A DNA stretch of 64,000 nucleotides from an uncultured Nitrospirales bacterium (lineage in GTDB: Bacteria > Nitrospirota > Nitrospiria > Nitrospirales > NS-4), in the NCBI GenBank assembly GCA_964472655.1, contig CAYYLQ010000002.1, positions 66,295-130,294 on the forward strand, read 5' to 3'. Below are positions 44,021 through 56,079 of the stretch, one piece after another. Position 1 is the first letter of the stretch. Every line of letters begins with the position of its first letter. The notes below the pieces were generated by a model. It saw only the letters and a list, made by a program, of their open reading frames with translations, had not been told where the DNA came from and made no database searches. A program made the position numbers and the translations under genes.

Positions 44021-44371
44021 TTAGAGCAGGATCTTGACGTTTTCCGGAGGGCGTCCCAGAACGGCCTTGTCGTCTTTCTCGATGATCGGGCGTTGGATCA
44101 GTTCGGGATAGACCACCATGAGCCGGATCAATTCCTCGTCGCTCGGTTCCTTCTCGTCCAATTGCAGCTTCTTGTACGCTTCCTCGTTGGTGCGGAGCAG
44201 TTGACGGGCAGTGATACCCAGTTTCTGGATTAGTCTGCGGAGTGTTGCCGTGGACAACGGAGTCGCGAAATAGTCGATGGTTTCAAATTTCGCCTTGGCT
44301 TCGCGCAAGAGGGTCAGCACTTGTCGGCACGTCGAGCAGCTCGGCTTTTGATAGACTGTCAGCTTCTCCAT
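44021..44371 (-). CDS. ArsC/Spx-family thiol-redox protein
   Basis: N-terminal YQKPSCSTCRQ (CxxC) and C-terminal LIQRPII block, typical of the ArsC/Spx/YffB family. Size of 116 aa. Confidence 0.8.
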   Translation of the reverse strand: MEKLTVYQKPSCSTCRQVLTLLREAKAKFETIDYFATPLSTATLRRLIQKLGITARQLLRTNEEAYKKLQLDEKEPSDEELIRLMVVYPELIQRPIIEKDDKAVLGRPPENVKILL

Positions 44372-44474
44372 AAAGATCGGCCCTCTCGTCGCGGTAGGTG
44401 TAGCAATGGAGGAGACGGGTTGTCAAGCGCGGGCGGGAACGATGAAAGGCGCCGGTTCCGGTAAACTAGACGGC

Positions 44475-44504
44475 TTGACCGCTTTCGGGAGCGGGTGGTA
44501 TAGA
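44475..44504 (+). promoter_or_regulatory. Promoter candidate that would produce a leaderless or near-leaderless mRNA
   Basis: TTGACC (44475-44480), an 18-nt spacer, then TATAGA (44499-44504). The ATG of the downstream ORF is at 44512, about where the TSS would fall. Confidence 0.3.
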
Positions 44505-44511
44505 TAGCGCC

Positions 44512-44892
44512 ATGCCAGGCGCGGAAGAAGGCCCGTTCGCACAAGCGGCCGGTTTCGCGGTCGCTACGCCGGAGGCGCGGAACCTCCGCGATCTCCGGCA
44601 TCGCCGGTACGGGCAGCCCGTCTATGTATCTTCGGATCAGGTCCTGTCGCGGAAAGGGCAGGTCGGTACCTGGGAGAAGTTCAACGTCCGACTGGCGGTC
44701 ATTAAGTTTGCGGATAACGTGCTTTTGGGGTACGACCCCGCGGATCTGCTCCTCCCGACCCGCTATGAGGACGGCAAGCCGGTGTTCGAAACACGCATCT
44801 GCGAGCTTTGCCGGGCGGCGTTCGCCCTGACGCAGCAGGAAGTGGACGAGAAGAAGGAACCCACCCGCTGCGTCGACTGCCGGGATTCTTAG
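44512..44892 (+). CDS. Hypothetical protein with C-terminal CxxC...CxxC zinc-ribbon-like motif
   Basis: ICELCRAAF...TRCVDCRDS at the C-terminus. No family recognised. It overlaps the convergent M48 gene by 4 nt. Confidence 0.4.
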   Translation: MPGAEEGPFAQAAGFAVATPEARNLRDLRHRRYGQPVYVSSDQVLSRKGQVGTWEKFNVRLAVIKFADNVLLGYDPADLLLPTRYEDGKPVFETRICELCRAAFALTQQEVDEKKEPTRCVDCRDS

Positions 44893-45767
44893 AGCTTCCC
44901 CCGCAGCCTTGTAAAACGGTCTTCCAGCATCACACCGGTAGGTTTGAGCGCCTGCGCCTGGATGACTGCCTGGACCGACCCGATGCGGGTGGAGAAGTTA
45001 GGGTGGGTTTTGAAGAAGGCGCGGTCGTCGCCCTTCAACACGCGTAAGCGGTTCAGGAGCGTGACGTACGCGGTCGGATCGTAGCCGACGCGGGCTGCGA
45101 ACACGTCGCCGAGATTATCGGCTTCGATCTCCTTTTCCTGGTCCAGCCCCTCATCCAAGAGTTTCTTGACGGCCGCATCGATCACTTTTTTGAAAGCATC
45201 TGGATTCTGGTTGGCATAGGCGAGCCCGGCCTCGCTGACGCCGGCCAGGCGCTTGCTGCGCTGGATCACGTCGAGGATGTGCTTCTGGCTGACATGAGCG
45301 ATCTCATGGCCGAGCACGGCGGCCAGCTCGGCCTCGTTATGGATCTGTTTGAGGAGTCCACGCGTGATGAAAATATAGCCCGCCGGCGCGGCGAAGGCGT
45401 TGATCGAGTCATGGTTCAGCACGGCGAAGTGGTAGGGGATATCCGGCCGGTCGCACGTCAGGGCAACGGCGCGGCCTGCCAGATTCATGTAGTGCGTCAG
45501 TTCGGGCTGGTCGTACAGGCCGCCGTAGCGGGCGATGACCTGAAGCGCGATCGCGGCGCCGATGGCCTGTTCTTCCTCGTAGCTGATCGGCAGGAGCCCG
45601 CTGACCAGTGTGCCGGTGCCGTGAATGACATGGGCGAGCCGTTCATCCCCAGACTGCCGCGCGGCGTCCTCGGCGGCCCGTTGGATCTCCGCGCATCCGC
45701 TCCATGCGACGGCAATGATCGCCAGCGCGAGGAGCAGTCCGATCGAGCGAAGCCGGTTACTTCGCAT
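44889..45767 (-). CDS. M48-family zinc metalloprotease lipoprotein
   Basis: Lipobox AWSGC. HEXXH motif (LGHEIAHVSQKH) with a downstream Glu (EKEIEADN). Confidence 0.85.
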   Translation of the reverse strand: MRSNRLRSIGLLLALAIIAVAWSGCAEIQRAAEDAARQSGDERLAHVIHGTGTLVSGLLPISYEEEQAIGAAIALQVIARYGGLYDQPELTHYMNLAGRAVALTCDRPDIPYHFAVLNHDSINAFAAPAGYIFITRGLLKQIHNEAELAAVLGHEIAHVSQKHILDVIQRSKRLAGVSEAGLAYANQNPDAFKKVIDAAVKKLLDEGLDQEKEIEADNLGDVFAARVGYDPTAYVTLLNRLRVLKGDDRAFFKTHPNFSTRIGSVQAVIQAQALKPTGVMLEDRFTRLRGKL

Positions 45768-46260
45768 ATTCCCCGAGCCTTCCTTCCTTCAGGAAATCTT
45801 CGACTTCTTGGTCGCTCATCCGGTAGGCCGCCATGCGGTCCACCGCGTCACGGTCTCGCTGGGTGATGCCGGCCCGATTAGCGTAACCTTCCGAAGCCTT
45901 GTCCAGCCCGCGGGCACCGGCCGTGGCCGTCACGTCGCTGGCCTCGGTTCGTCGAAAGCTCTTGCCGAGCCGGGCCAGATCATCGTCGCCGCTGCCGGCG
46001 GGCTTGGTGGCTGTTGTCTTGCCGGCGAAGACCCAGCCTTTCGTGCCGCCGCTGGTTTGCACTTCCAGCCAGGCGCCGTCCTTCCGCAGCACCTCCAGGG
46101 CGTCGCCGAACTTCAAGTCGGCCACCACGGAGTCCAGCGATGTCTTGCCGGCGCGCAATTTCACGGTCTTGGCTTGGACGTACACGGTTTCCGCCAGCGC
46201 CGCACCGGCGAACAGACCCAAGCCGATCAAGAGGGCAACAGTAAAGAACGGTCGCTTCAT
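45757..46260 (-). CDS. Secreted bacterial SH3-domain protein
   Basis: ATG 46260 follows AAGGGGGA. Signal peptide MKRPFFTVALLIGLGLFAGAALA. SH3b-like segment VYVQAKTVKLRAGKTSLDSVVADLKFGDALEVLRKDGAWLEVQTSGGTKGWV. Confidence 0.6.
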   Translation of the reverse strand: MKRPFFTVALLIGLGLFAGAALAETVYVQAKTVKLRAGKTSLDSVVADLKFGDALEVLRKDGAWLEVQTSGGTKGWVFAGKTTATKPAGSGDDDLARLGKSFRRTEASDVTATAGARGLDKASEGYANRAGITQRDRDAVDRMAAYRMSDQEVEDFLKEGRLGEYAK

Positions 46261-46276
46261 GCGCGTCCCCCTTTGC

Positions 46277-48322
46277 TCACTTGGATTTGAGGACATAGAC
46301 CCCGTCCCAATCGGGCGGGGGCGGGCTTTGAAGATATTCTTCGGCGCGATGTAGATAGACCCTGGACGGTCCATCGGCAGGGTCCAAGGCCAGCGCGGCC
46401 TGAAACCGGTCCTTGGCCGCGGCGAAGTCCCGCCGTTTATAGGCGGCCAGCCCCTCCAGGTACAGGGCCACCACGCGTTGTTTCTCGGTCGGCAACTCAC
46501 CCTTGCGGGCCAGGAGTTCGTGCACGACCACCGGCTCCAGTTTTCCCTTCACCCGCAGCATGTCCACTTCACGGGCCTCGATATCGGGCTTGGCCAATTC
46601 ATACGTCCGCGGTCCCAGGAGGATGAGCGTGTCGTAGAATTTGTTGGCTCCTTCGAGACGGGACGCCAGGTTGACGCTGTCGCCCATGACAGTATACTCC
46701 ATCCGCACCTGCGACCCGACGTTCCCCACGACCAGCGGGCCGGAGTTGATCCCGATCCGTGCGATGACCTCCGGGTGCCCCTGGGCCTTCCACTCCTTCC
46801 TCAGACGGACGAGGGCGGATTGATTCTTCAGCGCGGCGTAGCAGGCCAGCGTTGCGTGGTTGGGTTCGCCGCGCGGCGCGCCGAAGATCGCCATGATGCC
46901 GTCGCCCAGGTATTTATTCACGTTGCCGCGGTGCCGGAGAATGATGTCCGTCATGGCGGTGAGATACTGGTTGAGCAGGACGACCAGGTCCTCAGGATCC
47001 AGCTTTTCCGAGATGGTCGTGAAGCCGGCCACGTCCGAGAAGAAGATAGTCAGTTCCTTTTTTTCGCCGCCCAGTTTGATGCCTGCCGGATTGCGCATGA
47101 TCTCGTCCACGACTTCGGCGGCCATGTATTTGTCGAAGACGGCCCGCAGGACCCGCCGCTGCCGGCCCTCGGTGAGATACTCCACGGTAGCGGAGACGGC
47201 GTAGGTCAACGCTAATGCGCTCTCAGGAAAGACCAGCTCCATCCAGACGCCGTGGCCTTTAAAGGCATGCACGACGAGGCCGTAGTACGCAGCGGCCAGA
47301 ACGGCAATGGAGAGAAAGATGAGCGCCTGGCGCTGAACCAGCACAAAGGCCCAGGCGGTGCCGAGGCAGAGCGCCAGTGCGCTCGCGATGAATAGCCAGT
47401 ACGGCGCCGGCTGCATGGCCTGCCCGCGTAGGAGATTGTCGAGCGCGGTCATGTGGATCAGGACGCCGGGTGTGAAGGGGGACAGCGGGGTGACACGCAG
47501 GTCGTAGGTGCCGGCGGCGGTTGCGGCCACAAAGACGATCTTGTCTTTGAAGAGCGAGGGATCGAGCAGCGGTTTCCGGCCGGCCTGTCGATCCGTATAG
47601 GACCGAAGAATCGCGCCGATCGAATAGGCGGGGTAGGTCTTCTGTTCCAGCGCGCCGTGCCAGTCGAGCACGAGGTCGCCTTGCCGGGTCAGGGGCACTG
47701 TCATCGAGCCCAGCCGAAGGGTATGCCCGTCTACCACCACCCCTTCGGCGCCTAGGAGGTACCGGGCTGCGGCCGTGGCCAATTGGGGGCGAGCGGCTTG
47801 GGCCGTCTGGATCAGTGGAGGGAGGCGGCGTGTCGTTCCGTCCTCATCGGGCGTCAGATTGATATGGCCGAGACCGCGCGCGGCCTCGGCCAGGGGTGTG
47901 ATGGGCAACTTCAAGCCTTCGCTCTGGAGGAGAAACGGGAAAAACACGTTGCCTGCCGCGCGCACTTCCTTTGCGAAGACAGTGTCAAATTCCGGGTCGT
48001 TTTCGTCCGGCTCGAGAAACAGGATGTCGAAGACTATAGCCTTGGCTCCTGCCTCATGCAGGTACTTCACGATGTAGCCGAAGCGGTCGCGCGGCCAGGG
48101 CCAACGGCCGAAGGCGGCGAGGCTGTCCTCGTCCACGGCTGCCAGGACGATGCCCTTATCGGCTTTCGTCGGGTCGGCGTACTGGTGGTACCGGTGATCC
48201 AGCGATTTCAGTTCGGCGACGGCGAGGATACCCGAGGAATGAACGGCGACCGTCAGGGCGAACACGGCGAGGCCAACGGCCGTGGCCAAGAGCCGCTTCT
48301 TGGACAATTTGGAATCCTGCAT
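46277..48322 (-). CDS. CHASE2-sensor class III adenylate cyclase with C-terminal TPR
   Basis: N-terminal TM, then a periplasmic CHASE2-like region (GILAVAELKSLDHRY...IVFDILFLEPD), then a TM block. Cyclase motifs FFSDVAGFT, LGDGIMAIFGAP and MGDSVNLASRLE. The Lys/Asp specificity pair suggests ATP as substrate. Confidence 0.85.
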   Translation of the reverse strand: MQDSKLSKKRLLATAVGLAVFALTVAVHSSGILAVAELKSLDHRYHQYADPTKADKGIVLAAVDEDSLAAFGRWPWPRDRFGYIVKYLHEAGAKAIVFDILFLEPDENDPEFDTVFAKEVRAAGNVFFPFLLQSEGLKLPITPLAEAARGLGHINLTPDEDGTTRRLPPLIQTAQAARPQLATAAARYLLGAEGVVVDGHTLRLGSMTVPLTRQGDLVLDWHGALEQKTYPAYSIGAILRSYTDRQAGRKPLLDPSLFKDKIVFVAATAAGTYDLRVTPLSPFTPGVLIHMTALDNLLRGQAMQPAPYWLFIASALALCLGTAWAFVLVQRQALIFLSIAVLAAAYYGLVVHAFKGHGVWMELVFPESALALTYAVSATVEYLTEGRQRRVLRAVFDKYMAAEVVDEIMRNPAGIKLGGEKKELTIFFSDVAGFTTISEKLDPEDLVVLLNQYLTAMTDIILRHRGNVNKYLGDGIMAIFGAPRGEPNHATLACYAALKNQSALVRLRKEWKAQGHPEVIARIGINSGPLVVGNVGSQVRMEYTVMGDSVNLASRLEGANKFYDTLILLGPRTYELAKPDIEAREVDMLRVKGKLEPVVVHELLARKGELPTEKQRVVALYLEGLAAYKRRDFAAAKDRFQAALALDPADGPSRVYLHRAEEYLQSPPPPDWDGVYVLKSK

Positions 48323-48493
48323 CGGCGATTAGTATGGCGTACAGTCTGTTCCCTTGCAAGACAAGGCCGTGCCGTGCTTTTCTCATGCTGCGCGGCCTGA
48401 CTGACAGTTCAAGTCCTTCGTCCTTGTGCCTTCTTCCTGTCTGGATTACAATCGGCCTCGGTTCAGGAGCAACCCCCAGAACGGAGACGACCT

Positions 48494-50011
48494 GTGAAAT
48501 CGAAACGAGGTTCCAAACCGCCGATCAAGGCAGGCAAGGGCAAAGCGAAGATCATCTACTTGACGAGGAGACCGCCGGGCAAAACGTCGGGTGGAGCTTC
48601 GCGGCTCGAGCGCGACACGATGGGGGAGCTGGAAGTGCCAGCCGACGCCTACTACGGTGTCCAGACCGCGCGGGCGATCGAGAACTTTCCGATCAGTCCA
48701 TTGCGGCTGCCGCGGCCCATGATCCGGGCGCTGGGCTTGATCAAGTGGGCGGCGGCCAGGGTGAATACGGAGTTGGGGTTCCTCGACCCCAAGCTCGCCA
48801 AGGCGGTCCGCCAGGCGGCCCAGGAAGTGATCGACGGCCGGATGGACGACCAGTTCCCGGTAGACATCTTTCAGACGGGGTCAGGGACGTCGTCCAACAT
48901 GAACGTCAATGAAGTGATCGCGAACCGAGCGGCCGAACTGTTGGGCGGGAAGCCGGGCGGCAAGCTCGTGCACCCGAACGATCATGTGAACATGGGGCAG
49001 TCCAGTAACGACGTCATCCCTTCCGCGATCCACCTCGCGGCATTGGAGCAGATCGACAAAGCGCTGGTTCCGGCTCTCAAGCGGCTCTATACGGCCCTGG
49101 CGGCCAAGGCCAAGGAGTTCGACCCCATCGTTAAGATCGGGCGCACGCACTTGCAGGATGCGACGCCCATCCGGCTCGGCCAGGAGTTCTCAGGCTACGC
49201 CCGGCAGATCGAGCTGGGTATCCAGCGGATCGAGCGGGCGCGTCCCTCGCTCGGCGAACTGGCGCTGGGCGGGACGGCCGTGGGAACGGGCCTCAACGCG
49301 CATCCCGAATTCGCCCTGCGCGTGATCGGCCTGTTGGCGCGGGAAACGAAGTGCCCCGTGAAGGAAGCGCGCAATCACTTTGAGGCGCAGGCCGCCCAGG
49401 ACGCCCTGGTCGAGGCCAGCGGGGCGCTCAAGACCGTCGCGGTCAGCTTGATGAAGATCGCGAACGACCTGCGGTGGCTGGGGTCGGGCCCGCGCTGCGG
49501 GCTCGCGGAGATCCTTCTGCCGGAAACCCAGCCCGGTTCGTCCATTATGCCGGGCAAGGTGAATCCCGTCATCGCCGAATCCGTCATGATGGTTTCCGCA
49601 CAGGTCATCGGCAACGATGCAGCCATTACCGTCGCCGGGCAGACTGGCAACTTCGAGTTGCTCGTGATGCTGCCGGTCATGGCGCACAACATCCTGCAAT
49701 CCATCTCCTTGCTGGCGCGTGCCGCCGAGAATTTTGCGGCTCGGTGCGTGGAGGGGATTGCGGCCGATCAAGAACGATGCCGCGCTGGCATCGAACAGAG
49801 CCTCGCCATGTGCACGGCCCTCGCGCCTGAGATCGGGTACGAAGCCGCGGCCCAGATTGCCAAAGAAGCTTACAAGACCGGCAAGACCGTTCGCGAGGTG
49901 GCATTGCTGAGAAAGGTTCTGCCGGAGTCCCGCCTCAATCATCTCCTAGACCCCTGGCGCATGACCGAACCGGGCCTGACGGGCGGCAAACCGGGCGGCG
50001 CAGGCGGCTAA
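48494..50011 (+). CDS. Class II fumarate hydratase / aspartate ammonia-lyase family enzyme (fumarase-like core)
   Basis: Signature GSSIMPGKVNP. FQTGSGTSSNMNVNEVIANRA and HPNDHVNMGQSSNDV resemble FumC, while VPADAYYGVQTARAIENFPIS resembles AspA. GTG 48494 follows GGAG and adds a roughly 35-aa basic N-terminal extension, so the start is uncertain. Confidence 0.85.
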   Translation: MKSKRGSKPPIKAGKGKAKIIYLTRRPPGKTSGGASRLERDTMGELEVPADAYYGVQTARAIENFPISPLRLPRPMIRALGLIKWAAARVNTELGFLDPKLAKAVRQAAQEVIDGRMDDQFPVDIFQTGSGTSSNMNVNEVIANRAAELLGGKPGGKLVHPNDHVNMGQSSNDVIPSAIHLAALEQIDKALVPALKRLYTALAAKAKEFDPIVKIGRTHLQDATPIRLGQEFSGYARQIELGIQRIERARPSLGELALGGTAVGTGLNAHPEFALRVIGLLARETKCPVKEARNHFEAQAAQDALVEASGALKTVAVSLMKIANDLRWLGSGPRCGLAEILLPETQPGSSIMPGKVNPVIAESVMMVSAQVIGNDAAITVAGQTGNFELLVMLPVMAHNILQSISLLARAAENFAARCVEGIAADQERCRAGIEQSLAMCTALAPEIGYEAAAQIAKEAYKTGKTVREVALLRKVLPESRLNHLLDPWRMTEPGLTGGKPGGAGG

Positions 50012-50097
50012 GCCGTTTTGACATTTCGCTTGAAATTATGCTAGCTTCGGCGCTTATTTTTGCCTAAGGAGAAGGGTCGTAGAGGACGCATCCACTG

Positions 50098-51471
50098 ATG
50101 AGCGCGAAGCATGTGATCATCGTCGTCGGAGCCGGCCCGGCCGGTCTCTCCGTCGCCAACCTGATGTCCAAGCAGGGGCACGAAGTCGTGGTGCTCAATC
50201 GGGATATCAAGTTCGGCGGGCTTGCCGAGTACGGCATTTTCCCCAACAAGCACAAGCTGCGCGGCGGGTTGCGGAAGGGGTACTGGGAGATTCTGACCCG
50301 TCCCAACGTTCATTACTTCGGCAACGTGATGGTAGGCAACGGCTATCACCTGACCGTCGAAGAGTTGCGCGCGCTCGAGCCGAGCGCGCTGGTGTTCTCA
50401 ACCGGCGCCCAGGGCACAAAAACCATCGGTGTGGAAGGGGACATGGCCAAGGGGGTCTATCACGCCAAGGACTGCGTCTATCACTTCAATCTACTGCCTG
50501 GCTTCGGCACCCGGCCGTTCGAGATGGGCCAGCGTGTGGCGGTCATCGGCATCGGGGACGTGATGGTGGATATCGCGCATTGGCTCTCGCGCCGCCGGCG
50601 CGTGGCGGAAGTCCATGTGATCGTCCGTCGGGGCCCGGCCGAACGGAAGTACAATCCCAAGGAAATCCGCGCCGTCTGCGCGCACATCGATCAGGAGTCC
50701 CTTGAAAAGGAATTCGCCCGGGTCGCCTCGCGCATGGAGGCCGTGGGGCAATCGCCGGACAAGGTGCTGGCCGACATGCGGGCGGAGTTCACGAAGTGCG
50801 AGCCCCTGGAGAGCCCAACCCGCATGCACTTCCATTTCCTGTCCTCGCCGAAGCGGATCCTGACCGACGCGCACAATCAAGTTACAGGCCTGGAGCTTGA
50901 AGACACCAGGCTGGAAGTCAAAGGCGCGGACACCGCGGCGGCGGGCATGAAGACGACGTATGCCCTGCCGTGCGACAGCGTCGTTTTCGCCGTCGGCGAC
51001 CGGGTGGACGAGAAGGTGGGCCTTCCTTATAAAGGCGGGGTCTTCATCACGAACCCGAACCGGACGCAGAACGATCCCGATGACAGCCTCTTCCAGGCGT
51101 ACGAGGAAGCAGCCGGCGCTGTCATTCCTGGGGTCTTCCTCAGCGGGTGGGCGCGCAAGGCGAGCGAAGGGCTGGTCGGCGTTGCCAAGCGTGACGGGGA
51201 GTGGTGCAGCGAGGTCGTGACGCGCTACCTGGCGACCAAGGAGCCGCTGTCCTCCGAGGGGGCCTCACGGAAGCTCCGGCAACTGGAAACCCTCCTGAAA
51301 AGCCGGCAGCCGGATCTCGTTCGAGCCGACGAGCTCATGGTCTTGAGCGAGATGGAGAAACAGGAAGGCCAGCGCCGCGACATCGAAGAGTTCAAGTTTC
51401 CCACCAATGAGGAAATGCTGGCCGTGATCCGCAAGAACAAGGCGGGCGTGAAAACCCCGGCGTCCCGCTAG
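50098..51471 (+). CDS. FprA/adrenodoxin-reductase-like NADPH:ferredoxin oxidoreductase
   Basis: FAD-binding GxGxxG (VGAGPAGLS). Second dinucleotide fold (VAVIGIGDVMVDIA). RRGP block. GWARKASEGLVGVAKRD resembles the GWIKRGPTGVIGTNKKD block of FprA. Confidence 0.75.
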   Translation: MSAKHVIIVVGAGPAGLSVANLMSKQGHEVVVLNRDIKFGGLAEYGIFPNKHKLRGGLRKGYWEILTRPNVHYFGNVMVGNGYHLTVEELRALEPSALVFSTGAQGTKTIGVEGDMAKGVYHAKDCVYHFNLLPGFGTRPFEMGQRVAVIGIGDVMVDIAHWLSRRRRVAEVHVIVRRGPAERKYNPKEIRAVCAHIDQESLEKEFARVASRMEAVGQSPDKVLADMRAEFTKCEPLESPTRMHFHFLSSPKRILTDAHNQVTGLELEDTRLEVKGADTAAAGMKTTYALPCDSVVFAVGDRVDEKVGLPYKGGVFITNPNRTQNDPDDSLFQAYEEAAGAVIPGVFLSGWARKASEGLVGVAKRDGEWCSEVVTRYLATKEPLSSEGASRKLRQLETLLKSRQPDLVRADELMVLSEMEKQEGQRRDIEEFKFPTNEEMLAVIRKNKAGVKTPASR

Positions 51472-52319
51472 CTCTCTCCCCACTTCAGTTTCTTGCTGAG
51501 CATATCGTAGTAGGAGCGGTCGGGAAATCGGATCAGGCGGGTCTTATTCTCCGAGGCCCGGATCTCGACCCTGTCGCCCGGCTGCAGCGCAATGCCGACC
51601 TGCCCGTCAAAGGTGGCGGTCGCCCCCTGGTCCCTGCTGACCAGGACGACTTCGACGAGGACGTCTTGCGGAATCACGATGGGCCGGTTGGTGAGGGTGT
51701 GGGGGCAGATGGGCGTGAGGATTAGCGCGTGGACCGACGGGTTCAGGATAGGCCCGCCTGCGGCCATGGAATAGGCCGTAGAGCCTGTCGGGGTCGAGAC
51801 GATCAGGCCGTCCCCCCGCAGGCGCGTGACGAACTGTCCGTTGATCGAGATCTCCAGCTGCACCATGTGAGACGCACCCTTGCCGACCACGGCGTCGTTG
51901 AGGGCTGAGGCCGCGATGACCTCTTCCCCCCGCCGGACGACCCGCGAGCGCAGCATGAGGCGCTCCTCTTCCGCGAAGGCCCGGGAGAAGACGTGCTCCA
52001 GGGCCGTGAAGGCCTCGTCGCGCGTCACCGCAGTGAGGAACCCTAGGCCGCCGGCGTTGACCCCCAGGATCGGAATGGGCCTGCCTTCCACCAGCCGGGC
52101 GGCGGCCAGCATGGTGCCGTCCCCTCCCAGCACCACCAGCATGTCGGCAAGCGTGGCGATGTCTTTCTTCGGATACGAGGCCGTCTCTCCCGCGAGCGCG
52201 GCGGTGGGCGGATCGAGCATCGGCTCTTTGCCGCGGGCCCGCAGCCAGGGCGCAAGCTCCTTCAGGAGAGCCTGGGCGTCCGGCGACTCGGATTTGACAA
52301 TGATACCGATGCGTTTCAT
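51468..52319 (-). CDS. nadK: NAD kinase
   Basis: GGDGT motif (VVLGGDGTML), the NDAVV block and the TPTGSTAYSMAAGGPI block. Confidence 0.9.
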   Translation of the reverse strand: MKRIGIIVKSESPDAQALLKELAPWLRARGKEPMLDPPTAALAGETASYPKKDIATLADMLVVLGGDGTMLAAARLVEGRPIPILGVNAGGLGFLTAVTRDEAFTALEHVFSRAFAEEERLMLRSRVVRRGEEVIAASALNDAVVGKGASHMVQLEISINGQFVTRLRGDGLIVSTPTGSTAYSMAAGGPILNPSVHALILTPICPHTLTNRPIVIPQDVLVEVVLVSRDQGATATFDGQVGIALQPGDRVEIRASENKTRLIRFPDRSYYDMLSKKLKWGES

Positions 52320-52441
52320 GCGCGCATTCTATCGGTGCCCATGAGGGGTTGTCAACGAAACATGTCGTAACATTACCTACGTTGGCTCGATCTCGGCAAT
52401 TCTGATCGGTTTTTAGACGGTCGCTGTTACGACGCTGTCGC

Positions 52442-52470
52442 TTGACAGTGAGCCAAACGCTGGTTAGAAT
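52442..52470 (+). promoter_or_regulatory. Sigma70-like promoter candidate upstream of clpC
   Basis: TTGACA (52442-52447), a 17-nt spacer, then TAGAAT (52465-52470), located 70 nt upstream of the clpC ATG. Confidence 0.45.
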
Positions 52471-52540
52471 AACGATCAAGAATTCTCCGCTAATGGCCGA
52501 CAAACCGTAGAGGTGCCCGACCAGCCGGGGAGGAGACCGA

Positions 52541-54967
<2,427 letters not shown>

Positions 54968-54980
54968 TCCCACGGCATTC

Positions 54981-56003
54981 TTGCCAACAAGTCTTCCGCT
55001 GATTCTCGGAATCGAAACGTCCTGCGACGAGACTGCGGCCGCGGTCGCCGGATCCGATGCCGGCGTTCTGGCGGAGGTCGTGCGGTCGCAGATCGAGACC
55101 CATGCCCGCTTCGGCGGCGTGGTGCCCGAGCTGGCCGGGCGCCGCCACATCGAGTCCATCGACTTGGTGGCGCGGGAAGCCCTTGCGCGGGCGGGTGTCG
55201 GCGTGCGTGATCTCAGCGCGGTCGCGGTGACCGGCGGGCCCGGGCTGATCGGCGCGCTGCTGGTCGGCGTGGCGTACGGCAAGGCGCTGGCGTATTCCCT
55301 GGGCATCCCGCTGATTCCCGTCAATCATCTGGAAGGCCATCTGAGCGCGGCCTGGCTCGGCGCCACCCGTGTGACTCCTCCGTTTGTCGCGCTGATCGCA
55401 TCGGGCGGGCACACGAACCTCTATTGCGTGAAAGCGTGGGACGAGACGGAGCTACTCGGACGGACGATGGATGATGCGGCCGGCGAGGCCTTTGACAAGG
55501 CCGCCAAGATGCTGGGGTTGGGCTATCCCGGCGGCCCCGTGATCGATCGGCTGGCGCGGGAAGGGAACCCGGGCAAGGTGCCGTTCCCTCGTCCCTATCC
55601 CACCTGTGAAGACCTCAATTTTAGTTTCAGCGGGATCAAAACCGCCTTGCTGTACTACCTGCGTGACCGCGAAGCCGCGGGGCGTTCCTGGCATGTGCCA
55701 GACGTCGCGGCGGGATTCCAGCAGGCCATTGTTGACGTGCTTGTGGAGAAGACTCTCGCCGCCGTCCGTCGAGTGGGGGTGCGCGATGTGGTGGTCACCG
55801 GCGGCGTGGCTGCTAACTCGCAGTTGCGGACCCTCTTCGAAACGCGCGGGCAAGAAACGGACATTGCGGTCCACATTCCGCCGTTCCACTACTGCACGGA
55901 CAACGGGGCCATGATCGCCGTTGCCGGCGCCCGGCTTTTCCCGAGCGGCCGCGCGGCGACGCTGGAATTCGAGCCTCAGGCGGATTGGGCCATCGGGGTC
56001 TGA
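54981..56003 (+). CDS. tsaD: tRNA N6-adenosine threonylcarbamoyltransferase
   Basis: ILGIETSCDETAAAV N-terminus. Metal-binding VNHLEGHL. TTG 54981 chosen as the start because the track start at 54936 lies inside clpC. Confidence 0.9.
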   Translation: MPTSLPLILGIETSCDETAAAVAGSDAGVLAEVVRSQIETHARFGGVVPELAGRRHIESIDLVAREALARAGVGVRDLSAVAVTGGPGLIGALLVGVAYGKALAYSLGIPLIPVNHLEGHLSAAWLGATRVTPPFVALIASGGHTNLYCVKAWDETELLGRTMDDAAGEAFDKAAKMLGLGYPGGPVIDRLAREGNPGKVPFPRPYPTCEDLNFSFSGIKTALLYYLRDREAAGRSWHVPDVAAGFQQAIVDVLVEKTLAAVRRVGVRDVVVTGGVAANSQLRTLFETRGQETDIAVHIPPFHYCTDNGAMIAVAGARLFPSGRAATLEFEPQADWAIGV

Positions 56004-56079
56004 CGGGAGTACTGCGATTCCCTCGGCACACGGCAATCTGACAGGTCTCAAGCCCAATCAACTGCGCCGGCTGGAGCAC

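Noticed and set aside
48494-50011. Assigning the lyase specifically as aspA or fumC
   Set aside because: The N-terminal block looks AspA-like, while the central blocks (QTGSGTSSNMN, SQSSND-type) look FumC-like. Without an alignment or phylogeny I kept a family-level call.
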